A DNA stretch of 64,000 nt from Lama glama (GCA_028534125.1 CM052845.1:24614001-24678000), one strand, 5' to 3'; positions 52,156-64,000 are shown, counted from the stretch's first letter. The notes: generated by a model not told the origin, from the letters alone. A program made the numbers and translations.

Positions 52156-54234
52156 GCTGGTGTCAGAAGTGGGCTTTGCGGGCATGGTCCTGCCTCGCTG
52201 ATACATGGTGAAAGCTCGTTTGGAAAAAGAAGGATGAGGGGTCGGGGGTGAAAGATCGTCAATGCCTGGTTGGCTCCCACGTCACCCACGGTACGAAACA
52301 GCGCTGAGCTGCCACCTGCGAGGAGAAACAGTTACCTGTGACGTTCAGCAACAGCACGTCCAGCCCCAGAGACCCACGTCTTGGCCTGATTCTGTCGGCG
52401 CTGGATGATGTGTGTGGGGCGAAGGCCGCCCTGTGACCCCTCGATTTCCTGTCCTCCTCTGGGTGGGCAGGGAAGGACCCAGTGAGCTTCGGATGTGCCA
52501 AAAAAATCAAAAGTTTGTGTTATTCCTTCCTTAATGTGGGAGGAATAAAGGTTAAGTCAGGTCACAGAGGCCAAAGCAAAGCTTTAGAGAAGCCAGGAAA
52601 AAAAAACAAGAGGGAGAGGAAACGTGCAGCCGATGCGGCAGCCGCCCACCCTGCCATCCAGCCAGACCTCCTGGCTGCTGGCACGTCAGCCCTGAGTGTC
52701 AAAGTTAACGCTGGGGTCTGGGTGAACTTGCAGTCAGAGAAACAGGGGTTGAAAATGCACTTTGTGGCTGTTGCACTGGAATACATAATAAAAACTGATG
52801 TAAAATGTATGCCTGCCATTTCATAGCTGTACAGGGACCATCCCAATCAAAGGAAATGGCAAGAAGAAGGTGTTAGGGAGTCACGGCTCCTCGCTTCCAC
52901 CACTGGTGGCAGACGGGAACTGACACTCTCCGACTGTCAGACCCAGACCAGGCTCAGAACCGCTGGCAGCTGCCGGTGCTTCTCCTCCGCGGGAAGGGAA
53001 CACGACAGAAGAGGCACTCTCCCACTGGGGCATGCACTTGGAGTTTCCGGAGTTTTCAAAGCAGGTTTCAGTTGGCCACGAGCTCGCGTGCAGTTGGTGT
53101 CTGCCCTTGGAGGCAGGCGGCTTCCCAGCCGCTGTGTGCGTCTCTGGGTGGGCAACTCGACCCGAGGCTGGCGCGGGGAGGGCTGGGCTTGGGCCACGTC
53201 TCCGCCCGGCCGCCTCCCAGGGAAAGCCCTGGGGGGGTCAGTCCCGGCTCACAGACCCTGGCCGCCCGCCTCAGTCTCAGCTACGCCTGCCGGCGTCTGC
53301 CGTGAGCCGGCCAGTCCGACGCTCGCCGTGCAGAGTGCACTCGGGGAAAGTGCTCTGCCAGGTGGATGCCACTCAGGCTCGGGGACCAGCGGGCTCGGGT
53401 GCCGCTCTGCGGGCCGTAAACGGTGAAAACCCCGCGCACGGGCTGGGGTCTGGGTCGCCTGCACACGTCCGCAGGAGTGTTCTCTGACAGCACCACTGGA
53501 GACCACGCTGCATGTCAGTCATGCGCTCCTGAAACAGAGACGCCTGCAGCCCTCACGCATGATTCCTGCAAAACCAGGCACTGGGCTGGACGGGCACATC
53601 GGGGCTGCGACCCTCCGCCCGCTCCTCAGCACCCGCCCCCCGGGACACTGCTCCCTGCTGACCTGTGTGACACCCCACGGCCCCCTGCCCTCCGCTCCCC
53701 TGGCTCACGAAGGGCAATGAGCACGTTTCTCCCCGGTGTGGGGTAAGGCTTGTGTGTGCTCACGACTCAGCCGTCCACACAGCACTGAACACGTAATAAG
53801 GGGCCTATGAGCGTGACGGTTACTATTACTCCCACATGTTTAACTGAAAAAGCTGCCGTCAGGAAGGTAACTTTCTCTCATGACTAACAGTGTGATTTGA
53901 ATCCAGATTGGATTCCAGAGTTAAGTTCCTAAGAAAAGCACAAAAAAAGAGATTCAATATTTTTCTTTCTATTCATTAGTATTTTCTCTCCATTAGAGCA
54001 TCACTGACTCCCTCTGAAACAGGGAGGCTGTACCTCTTCCTAAGTGAGCGTCCGACGACTACGTCAGAGACGGGCACGCGCCCTCTGCTCAAGGCTCACA
54101 GCGCTCGCCCCAGACAGCAGCAGCCCTGAGCACCCCTGTTTGACTGAAGAACTGAAGCTGTCGTTATCCAACTGCATGAAAAGCAGGTCTCCATCACTGA
54201 GTAGTGACACCAACAACTTCTGTGCCACAAGCCC

Positions 54235-54570
54235 TGTGTGCTAAAACCCCATCATGCTTACATGTGTGTGTATGTGCTACACACTGCACAGTGCATACGT
54301 GTGCCTGGTGCATGTATGTGCTATATACAGCAGAAGCTCGTGTGTGCGTGGTGCAAAAATACGTGTCATGCATGCATGTGCTGTGTGCTGCATAGTGTGC
54401 ACGCACAGTGTGTGTGTGCATGGTGAGTGTGCATGGTGAGTGCGCGCTGTGCATGCATGGTGCACGCATGTACATAGTGTGCATGAGTGTACACGGCACA
54501 CGTACGCAGTGTGTGTGCGCGCAATGCATGGATGTGCATGGTGCGTGTGCACACACGGTGCTGCACATTC
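54235..54570. repeat. Alternating purine-pyrimidine (TG/CA/TGCA) low-complexity tract
   Basis: About 330 bp of tgtgcatg/tgcacg motifs. Confidence 0.9.
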
Positions 54571-54879
54571 ACAGTCTACACCACACGAGTGACAGGATGT
54601 TCGTGTATCAGAGTTTGCACAGCGTCTTGGAGACACCAGGTCCCACCTCTGCACGTGTCAGGTGAGGACGCAGAGGCTGGCAAGGCTGGCAAGGCTGGCG
54701 AGGCCTCTCCCCCAGAGTAACGCTGGCCAGGGCCCCGGGGCCGGAACCACCCGGATTCAGAGGACGCCTCTGTCACCTTCTGTGTGCTCCAGCTCCCGAG
54801 ACCACGCCGGCAGCCACTCTCAGCGGGAAGTGTTTTATATGCGTCCCCCTCCTGTCACTAAGCCGTCCTTTCATGCTGC

Positions 54880-55002
54880 CGTTTTTATTACCCCAATTTT
54901 AAAGGTGAAATGGAAACTCAGAGAATTTAAGTAAATGTCAAAACAGTCATAAAATAAGCAGCGAAACTCAAACATTAAGCCGGGTCTTCAGGCTCCAGCC
55001 CC
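54880..55002 (-). mobile_element. MIR fragment
   Basis: tttattaccccaattttaaaggtgaaatggaaactcagagaatttaagtaa. Confidence 0.6.
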
Positions 55003-57039
55003 ACGGTAACTCCACGGCTCCCGCAGACTCATTTCAATTCCAGGCGTTCTTGTGGCTTTAACACCAGCCAATGGCATTTTTAATTTTAAAGATGAAGATC
55101 ACGAGTCCCTGATATTCCTGGGTTCCTTTCGCTGGTAGTTCAGGGCCTGGTAACTCACGCACACACTAGCAACGGCCCCGACGGCCCCGTCGCCGGGCGC
55201 GACGGCCCGGAGCCGGCCCCGCGCACGCTGGCAGGTCTGGGCTCACTTCCTGCAGCCCCAACACTGGCCACGTTGCTGCTTCCTCACAGCTAACCTCCCG
55301 GTTTCTGAAATGATCTCGTCTTCGCAGGACAAGTGTCCAGTGCCCTGCGTTCACTCTTCCTTCGCGCCTGGGGTAAAGGCCTGTGGGTCCCCCCACGTTT
55401 CCTGACACACCTTCCAAACGCACTCCGTGGCCCCGGAGACAGGTGAGCAGGGCCCCAGAGCTTCTCCAGCACTTGCCGCATCATGTGCTTATCCACGGAG
55501 GCCCGTGTGGGGCCTTCTCCCCTGAAAGGCGCCAGGCGAAGGGGATGAAGGCAGATGGGCCCCGGCGGTGGCCCTGGGAGCCCGCGGAGCCAGGCTCACG
55601 GCCCCAGCCAGCCTGGTGCAGCACTGTCCAGGCTCCTCCTGCAGCACCGGAGGCCTGCAGCCCTAGCCCTGCCACACAGCCCACACTGGCCAGCTGACAT
55701 CCCACTTTGGACTTTAGACTTCAGACCCCTGGCCTGCGTCCTCTGCCTGCATTGGTCTGCCCCCGCACCCGTCCCCACAGAGAACGTCCACTCATCCTCA
55801 GAACCCGCTGGGCCCTCTGGGGAAAAGCTTCCCAGACTGTTCCAAGCAGAAATGACCACACTGGCCTCCGCACTGACCCTCATGCCCACGTGGTCATCGT
55901 CCTTCAGGAACTGACTGTGTCCTGTCCCTTCGACAGGCCCTGAGTCCTTCAAGAGCAAGGCCGCCTGCCCGTCTCTGGGTTCCAGCTCTTGGGACAGCAC
56001 AGGGCAGAAATGAAACTCAACGTAACGGATCCACATGAACAGAGTTCCTCCTCCTCCATCTCATCGCTGTTGGTCCCAAGAACAGCCAAGGCGGTTTCTG
56101 TTGTCTGCATCTCATCATGGTCCCGACTAGGGTTCAAGTCGCCATTTCTTATGTAATAGGATAAACCCAAGCTAAGCACTCAGTTTCACAACATTAAATG
56201 CAGAAACAAGGGTCTACCAAACCCAAAACATGGTACCACTGTCGCTCAGAGTTCAGAGGTAGCCCTTCCGCGTCCTGGAGCTCTCAGAAGCAGAGGCTCA
56301 TGGGGAAGCAGCTCTGTGGGGCGTGTCTGGTGCCTGAGACAGGAAGGCAGCGCCCGTCCCGGTCCACCGCACAGCGGACCCCACACAGGTGAAGGAATGG
56401 TCACCTGATGTGCAAAGGACTGACAGGGTGAAAATATGACAGTAAAAATGCTGCAATGTCTCTGTTCTACCTTAAATCAGTGCCACAGAAAAGCTGGGAT
56501 CAGCACATTTGTCCTTCATTCCACAAACCCCACAGCAGTCACGGAGTCACAGAAATGCAGCGCGTTGCCCTTGGAAGAGCCTCTGGGTGGCTGGTCGAAC
56601 GCCTCACCTTCAGCGAGAGAAAACTGAGGCCCAGAAAGTGAGTCAACAGGTGAGGCCAGACGACACCTGGAGAGGAGTGTGTTCCCGCCCAGGCACCCGG
56701 GGCCCTCTGGAGCGAGGTGCGTGGCGGGACCGTCGGGGCTGCTCCCCACTCCGGCCCGACAACACCTGCTGTTACAGGAGGCAGCCAGCCTCCCCGACAC
56801 GGCACTTCTGACCTCATGACACGCGCGACATTGGAAAACCATTATGCTAACTGGCATCTCAGCAAAGCAGCCTCCCTGGTGCACTTGTGGAGAAAAGGGT
56901 TTTTGGAGAAAATGAATGACAGTTAGACCAGATTTTTAAATAATGAAAATGGTGAAAGACTTAAAACGTCATTTTGTTTCGATGTAACTAAGCTTTGGTT
57001 AACCAGATGTGTGTTTCTGAATGATAAACGACAGGTCCA

Positions 57040-57980
57040 CCACGGCAGTGACACGGACAGGCTGCTCTCACCGCTGTCGGCCAGCTGAGGGCAGCGCGGC
57101 AGCGCCTCTGCTCACGGGAACGACGCCCAAGTGGAACAGATGTCCCCCGTCTGCACGCACACAGCCGCCCAGGACACCGGGCAACCCTCTAAGCAGTAAG
57201 ATGCAGCAGTCACACCAAACCCAGGTGCTGGAGGCTCAAGGAACACCCTGGAGAGAAGGCCTCACGAGAGCCCAGGGCCGAGGCCACTGCGCCGTGAGCG
57301 CGGCTGTCGGGGACGCTCACAGAGGCCAGCACACCGACCCGTTGGCCCGGAGCCTGGCGCCAGCTCGCGGCCGCGGGGAAGGTAAGGCTCAGCGAGGCGC
57401 TGGGAGAGGGCAGCACGGGCTGCACCTCCAGAGCGGCCTTCTCCAACCTCCGCCAAAGCGCCTGCGAGAACGAGATGCCGGCTCAGAAGACCCCGGCAGG
57501 TGGCCGCCCGGCCCGAGGCAGGGAGCCACGTCCGGGAACAGACAGCAGTTCTCCACGAAAGCCCCTCCCAGTTGATGACACAAAGCCCTCCGAGTGCAGG
57601 CGGATTTTCCCCGCCTCCAGCTGGGGGAGGCAGCAGGCGGGGAGGCGCGGGGTCTGCCCTCCCGGACGGGCGGGGCCGTCAGACGTGGGCCGGAGAGGAG
57701 GCGCGTCCTCCGGGCGGGCTCACCCGCGGTCCTCGTGCAGCTCAGCACGGCGCTGCCCCGGTTACTCCCGGTCTTTTTAGCCACAGAACACGCTGCCCAC
57801 CCCCCACCGGACTCTGTACGGAAAGCAAGGTTGTCCACAGAGGAGGGCAACACAGCTCACCCCAGCTCTCCCGTCACCAACCAGAATGATCGCAGGGAAG
57901 CAAACGGCAGGAAACGAGGAATTCTGTCTCAAAAGCAGTCACGCTGACCTCCGAGAAGGCCGGCCGCGGGCACCGCGTTA
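57040..57980. other. CpG-island-like intronic segment
   Basis: Very GC-rich, with about 25 CpGs counted by eye in 57241-57480 alone. Confidence 0.55.
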
Positions 57981-58124
57981 GCTCCACAGCAGAGACGCCT
58001 GAAAACAGGTGTCCCATTCCAGGGGCTCAGCTGCAACTCACAGAAGTTACTGGATACACAGCGCTTCCAAAACACGTAAAAATCAAATGCAACGAAAGCC
58101 ATGGTTCACCCCAAAGTCGATCTT

Positions 58125-58288
58125 TCTTTTTTAATTCTGTGAAGTACACAGAACACAACGTTTACCACCTTAGCCATCTCTGAGAGTCCAGTTCAGGGGC
58201 ATTAAGGACATTCTCCTCGGCGCGCAGCGTCACCGCCACCATCTGCACCATGGTTCTCATCTTCCCGCAGTGAAACCCTCTACTCATT
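58125..58288 (-). mobile_element. Old L1 (L1MB-like) 3' end with a perfect 14-bp TSD
   Basis: ttttttaattctgtgaagtacacagaacacaacgtttaccaccttagccat...cagttcaggggcattaaggacattc..., flanked by CCAAAGTCGATCTT at 58111-58124 and 58289-58302. Confidence 0.75.
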
Positions 58289-59318
58289 CCAAAGTCGATC
58301 TTCTCACCCAGAAATTTGAAATCTTCTGTAAAACCGCTGAGGTAAAAACAAACCACATTCAAGTTCCTAAGGACCCTATTTGCCATTAAAATGCAAAAGC
58401 AATAACCACTCTGTCTGAGTTGGAAGCAATTTCCAAACATTTCCTAAATAACTAAGCAGCTTCAGACATACTAGATCAAATAACGTGGTAAAAACGAGAA
58501 TTCTTAGATCTCTCAATTACGAACGAATTTACACCTCTAAGAGCTGTAGCTGCAGCCAACTCCTCTTTCTCCCCATTTGATAACATTCTTCCCTTTTTCT
58601 GCACCTAATGTCACAGCCTCAGGTCCTCGGCACTGACTTCAAAAGGACTCCATCATACAGAAACAGCGGTAAGGAAACTGTCTAGCAAATGACCCCAGCA
58701 TTCAGGTCACAAAGGAAGGCAGCTTTCTTGGTTCTGGAGGTTGGTTACTTGGATTCTTACGAAAAGCAAATAAAGTGTCTCAATTTGGAAATATTTTCCA
58801 TGTCAACTTGAAGCTTCTTATAAAACAAACCAACTAAAAGCACAGAAAACTCGTTCCAATATTTAAAATCCACTCTGAGCCCCACAGAACCGCAATTGTC
58901 TACTCATTAATTTTGTCGTTATTTTGGATGCTTCTCAGAATCAGCAACTCACCTGGAAGAGAGAAACTAACCTGAAAAAATGTTCCCGCTTTAAACAGTG
59001 GCACACACACTGCTGTCGACGGACACACTTCGCAAAATCTTTGTTTTGTCACGTTTGTGTATTTTCACTACCAACCAAGACCTTCAGAAAACAGGAAGAG
59101 GCTCAACCAACATCCGACCATGCTCTGAACAAGTGCTCAGACTCACAGCGGAGACATGACTGATCGGGTGAAGTCAGAACAGAGAGAGGTCTGTGAACTT
59201 TTTAGAAAAATAACAGTAACACAATCTACCCACAATTATGAGCAAAAAATGAAGATCCTAGTTTTCCAAAATACTTGGCGTTTTACATTGGAACACATAA
59301 TATAAAACAGTGTCTTGT

Positions 59319-59935
59319 TAGCCAAGACTTGGAAGCAACCTAAATGTCCATCGACAGGTGACCGGTTAAAGAAACTGNNNNNNNNNNNNNNNNNNNNNNN
59401 NNNNNNNNNNNNNNNNNNNNNNNNNNNNNNNNNNNNNNNNNNNNNNNNNNNNNNNNNNNNNNNNNNNNNNNNNNNNNNNNNNNNNNNNNNNNNNNNNNNN
59501 NNNNNNNNNNNNNNNNNNNNNNNNNNNNNNNNNNNNNNNNNNNNNNNNNNNNNNNNNNNNNNNNNNNNNNNNNNNNNNNNNNNATCTACAAAACAGAAAC
59601 AGACTCACAGGCATAGTAAACAATCTTACAGTTACCAGGGGAAAGAGGGTGGGAAGGGATAAACTTGGGAGTTTGAGATTTGTAAATGTTAACCACGATA
59701 TATAAAAATAGGTGAAAAACAAATCTCTTCCGTGTAACACAGGGAATGTACTCGACATCTTGTAACAACCTTTAATGAAAAGGAACATGAAAATGAATAA
59801 ATGTATATGTATGCATGACTGGGACATTGTGTTGTACACCAGAAATTGACACATTGTAACTGACTGTACTTCAAATAAAAAAAAAATTACTTTGGAAATT
59901 TCAGTGAAGTTGGTGCTACAGAAAAAAAAAAAACC
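59319..59935 (+). mobile_element. 5'-truncated camelid L1 with a double A-tail and TSD
   Basis: tagccaagacttggaagcaacctaaatgtccatcgacag...acaaaacagaaacagactcacag...tacaccagaaattgacacattgtaactgactgtacttcaaataaaa. TSD ACAGTGTCTTGT at 59307-59318 and 59936-59947. Confidence 0.88.
59378..59583. other. Assembly gap (206 N)
   Basis: N run inside an L1. Confidence 0.99.
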
Positions 59936-60951
59936 ACAGTGTCTTGTCGATGATTTAAGAGTGGGACCCCGGTAAACATACCAGCCAGTGAAGGTGCTAT
60001 TTACGATGGAAGTAGAGAAAACCCCAGCAGGTTGCCTTCCCTTAATGGCCACAGCGAGCCGCTGTGACTCAGTCTGCTTGGCCGGCAGTCGCAGAAGGTA
60101 AGGCCAGCACCTCTGTTTCATACCCAACCAAAGTACCCGGGGATGCAGACCAACGCACTTGACCGAACACAGCAGATCCTAGGAATGCGTGAACTCTCGC
60201 AAAACTGTCTGCAGAAAAGATGCAGTGTGTCCACCTTTCCCTCAGGACCCGGTATCTCTGTATTAGTAAGTACTCTCATTAGAAGCACAGGGCGGTGACT
60301 GAGTTGTGTGCTCACAGGACAACACACTCTCCTTGCTCAACCTCAAAACAACAAAGTTCCAAAGGTTTTTTTTAGACATTTTTTCCTTCCATGATGTTTC
60401 CTTAAAAGTAATGCAAACCACCTCACTTACAACCTCCAGCCACATACATCGGTCCTTCAGTGAAAAACTACACAGTCACACAATCTCCCGTTAAAGACAC
60501 CGCCCTATGTTTTCACTCACTGACACCCTCGAGGTTTTGAGTGTGGCACCTGGCCAGTTCCTACCCTGACTGTAAGCAAAGCCTTGACTGCGAACAGACT
60601 GCGGATATATTCCATGCTGGAGAGTAACGGCGGCTTTTCTTACTGAACATGTACGTATAATCCACAAAAGAAACAACTTTGACACGAATACATTCAACTT
60701 AATAAGGTAACCAGTTTCCCTTCAAAATCCAACAATTGTCTAAATCTATTTCCTTTGTCAAATAAAACAAATCTCTGAGCTAAGGTTACAATTCATGGCA
60801 GAACTGAACAATCCACTTTTGTGCTTGTTTCAGTCAATATATAAAATGACCGTTAAAAAAAACCAAGATATCTAAATTATGTAATCATGCTTCTCAATTT
60901 TCCGCTGATGTAAAACCGACAATCAAAATCAGAAGAACAGAACGCACTCAC

Positions 60952-61006
60952 CTGTGTTCCTGTCGGGTAAGATACAGCAATGCTTCTGCAGAATGCCAGG
61001 CAAAAC
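60952..61006 (-). CDS. DLGAP2: DLGAP2 (SAPAP2, disks large-associated protein 2), 55-nt internal coding exon near the N-terminus (exon 2 of the long isoform)
   Basis: The minus strand reads ttgtatttatttgtcttgaaacag|GTTTTGCCTGGCATTCTGCAGAAGCATTGCTGTATCTTACCCGACAGGAACACAG|gtgagt. That is a canonical acceptor and donor around 18 codons plus 1 nt, encoding VLPGILQKHCCILPDRNT(E). It matches the DLGAP2 N-terminus as I recall it (...VLPGILQKHCCILPDRNTESQC...). It is too short for the ORF track. Confidence 0.93.
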
Positions 61007-64000
61007 CTGTTTCAAGACAAATAAATACAATGCACTTGGTTACCACTCAGGTAGAGAAAGGCATCTCATTAACTGCTGCAAGTGATTTTCTAATAAGGTC
61101 GTTCAGTGCTGCACAGCCATCACGCCCAGAATGATCTAACAAATTAAACGGCACTGAAAAATTGTGATGACGTACATTTTTCATCAAAAAGGTTAATCAG
61201 GTAAGTGTGCTGATTATACACGCAGCTCTGAGGATAGAAATGCAGCTTTGTTTAATGTGTGTCCCTAATGGGTCCTCAAAGCGCCTTGAAAGCTGCACTC
61301 AGGGGACTCCTACAATAAGGCGAATGGGCCCACCAGTTCTGTGATGCCTTTTGAAATATGGGAAGCAATTAGAACCTGAAAATTGAAGCTTGTTGGGGCA
61401 GAGCATTGGGTCCGTCTTCAGGATCTAAGCCGAGAAGCTTTTACCAAGGATGAGTCATAAAGAAGATGTGAACAAAGCGGCTGTGTTCACATGTACAGTT
61501 TGGTAGGAAAAGGTGGAGGAAATATCTTATTTAATAAGTGAAAGGAAGATGAAAATAATGGAAAATGGCTTTCCCAGGAAAATTCAGCAATGGAAGGCAA
61601 CTGCAAAGCACAGATTTAAAAAGAATTTGCCACTGAAGAGATCTCCGTGGGAAATTTATGACTGTGCTTTCTCAGCTCAATTAGAGTAAAAGCTGAACTT
61701 GCATCTTAAATAGTCCACGGATGAAGCTGCAACCATCCCTCAACCCTCCATGGCCACACACCCCCGGCTCTCAGCCAAGACGCAAGCATTGCTGATTCTG
61801 GAGCAAACTCACGAGCCGGCGGAGGGGGAGAGAGGGGTGCTGCAAGGACACCCAACCCAGGGTCTCGCCAGGCAGACGCAGCTTCTGGTCGATAGATCAA
61901 TGTGGGCAGAAGTCTTGCTCTGGAAAAACCGTTTCCTTCCCTTCCACGCCCTCGATACCCACTATGTTGAGACAGGAAACTGTGGGAGCATTTCTGACCC
62001 TCTTCTCTTCCGCTGGCCCCTGGCCCTCAGTGTCCGACTGTACAAACACATGTGTACGCATATGTGCACACACACGCACGTGCACATACATGCACACTCA
62101 CGTCACACGCACATGCACTCACACACACGCACAGGTAACGTCCTGGGCTCCCTGTAAACCTGCCCCCTTCTGACTCCACAGCCAGCACTCCCACGCGCTG
62201 ACCTTTTCCAGCACTTTCCAGAGGGGCTTACAGGTTCCCACCAGGCTGAGGAACAGTCTCCCTCAGAAGACATAAATGGTCCTATAAGTTGGAAAATTTC
62301 TGTGCAGTGCAGCCCGTGTGGAGGGTGAGAACACACGGGACCACAACAGAGCCCTACCCGGTCCCGCGGGCAAACTCACTTGACCTGGAACCCTCACGTG
62401 CTCCTACCCCCGGGAGACGTCCAGAGGGGAAAGTGCTGACCTGGTCTTATCGCAAAGGAACAGTCGAAAATGCTGCCGCCAGCAGATAAACCACAAACAC
62501 GTTCAGAATGGGACACCAGGGGCTTAGGCATAAACTAATATAGCTGACCTCTTCCAGAAATACACCCTGAAGACGTGGACACAGAGTCTGAGTCGCTCAG
62601 ACAGCTGCGTGGGACCTGCCACTCGACTACAACGCTGACGGAGAGTGGCACCTGGAGGCTCTGGGAGGGTCCGTGGTGGTAACCAGGAGGCACGTGGGAG
62701 GCCGATGCTAAGGTGGCTGTCGAGTTAGCACTAACTAGCTCAGCACAGACACCTTCCTTCCCGGCAGCCCCAGGGATCGGCCCGCCCACATCCAGGGTCT
62801 GGACAATGCACAGAACCACCTGGGGGAGAGCCAGGTAGAAACACAGGTCCTTCTGCCCGTCGCCCAGGGGATACACTCCTCATCAGCTTTCCTACGAAAG
62901 CCCTCTCTGCAGGTCAGGTGATCGTGTGCCCTGGTGACGTGGCAGCCCCTCCTGAGGGGTCTGTGTCACATGGCTAAGCCGCGTCAGGGAAGGAGCTGAT
63001 TGAGACTAACAAGTACATCAGCTCATTCAACACATGATTCTGCGAAGAAACCTCAGTCGCCCCAGGCGCAGCTTCCCTGCCTGACCCCCTGAGGCTTCTG
63101 ATCCCAGCGTCTGGGTCCCTCTCTGCCCGCCCCCTCCCCGGCCCCCCGCTGCTGCCAACCAACCAACCACCTGCTCAATCCATGGTCCACAGGGCAACAC
63201 CCCCTGTAAGTTTTGTTTTGAATGTGCCAAGTAGCGCTTTTGATTGGCTCCCAACCAGAAAATCTAAGGTCCCACAGACCCACCAGCAGCCCATGGGGAT
63301 TCATCTCTGACTTTCCTAAGGCGGACACTTTGTGTCGGAACGGCGCTCGTATCCAATCTCAACAAGTTCCTCCCAGCTGGGGCCACAGGTGAAGCTCTTT
63401 GTCAAGTCTTTGGCGGGGCTGTAGGCCCTGCAGCGCCGGGCACATGGCACTGCTGCGTGGCAAGCTCGGGCTGCAAGGAGCGGGGACAGGATGCTGACAG
63501 GTTATTTCTGCCTCGCGGAAGGGTTTACAGAAGACAGCAGAGGACAATAAAATTATCCCTCCGGCCCAAAGGCACTTGCAAAGCTCAGTTCCACTCACTC
63601 GGCCTGCCTGCTGTGTGACAGCACCTAACTCTAAGAGTAACTGGGAGACGCGAGGCCACGAACAGCTGGGGTTGAACAGAACACATCCAGCCGACGCCCC
63701 AGTCCTCCACCAACACCTGCCCAGCGGTCGAGAGCTGACACCAACGTCACACGTAAGCAACCATCCTACACGTGTCCTCTGCGTCCCGTGTCCAGGTTCT
63801 TCCAAGCTTCCCTTCCACCTTGAAGCCTGTCTCCTGCCGGGTGGAATCTAAGGAGCGTTCACCTCATCAGACACGTCAGGTCAGGGGCTCTTCAGACCAA
63901 CTCGCACTCGCCCACCGCGGCACCACCTGTGCGGCTGCTGGCTTTCTCTCCTGTGAGCCTTCCTTTCCTACGCTGGCCCGTTCTTGGGTTGTACGGTAAC
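61007..64000 (-). other. DLGAP2: DLGAP2 intron upstream of the 55-nt exon (3' end of the intron)
   Basis: T-rich tract and CAG acceptor at 61007-61009 on the minus strand. Confidence 0.85.
62040..62132. repeat. CA-rich simple repeat
   Basis: Directly visible. Confidence 0.85.

Larger units (their letters stand above)
1..60951 (-). other. DLGAP2: DLGAP2 intron downstream of the 55-nt exon; continues beyond the window
   Basis: GTGAGT donor at 60946-60951 on the minus strand. The next expected exon (ESQCTLCGEP...) is not found in the window, consistent with the very large 5' introns of DLGAP2. Confidence 0.85.

Noticed and set aside
24886-58288. Hypothesis that sense-oriented L1s have selectively lost their poly(A) signals
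   Set aside because: The signal is lost at 36759 and 43003 but retained at 24886 and 58125, and it is also lost in the antisense copy at 35315. General GC drift explains this better.
59366-60127. Long ORFs spanning N runs (also 25954-26450 and 59315-59662)
   Set aside because: Artefacts of assembly gaps within L1 sequence.
549-63999. Hundreds of six-frame ORFs of 60-260 aa (for example 4524-5231, 13016-13774, 17959-18624, 31307-32092)
   Set aside because: They are P/G/R/A/S-rich, overlap in all frames, mostly lack ATG starts and show no recognisable domains. This is expected from GC-rich intronic DNA.

Overview
This is mammalian nuclear DNA, most likely from a camelid (camel or alpaca), judged from two Vic-1-type tRNA-derived SINEs and camelid-type L1 3' ends. 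It is GC- and CpG-rich, with a subtelomere-like composition. The only coding sequence I can support is one 55-nt minus-strand exon (60952-61006) with canonical splice sites, encoding VLPGILQKHCCILPDRNT. This matches the second coding exon of the long isoform of DLGAP2 (SAPAP2, a postsynaptic scaffold). Everything else is intronic: about 61 kb downstream of the exon and about 3 kb upstream. It is filled with decayed L1, L2, MIR, MLT1, MLT2, MER68 and MER5 repeats, simple repeats and two N gaps. The hundreds of six-frame ORFs are chance products of GC-rich non-coding DNA. I see no new protein-coding system. The most notable signals are non-coding: two near-consensus REST/RE1 silencers, RFX X-boxes and a CTCF core inside the intron of a neuronal gene; a probable L1 3' transduction; a 49-bp L1 stub with TSDs; strong AT-to-GC drift of ancient repeats; and candidate intronic poly(A) and cryptic terminal-exon signals. 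All repeat family names come from recalled consensus sequences and need RepeatMasker/Dfam confirmation.
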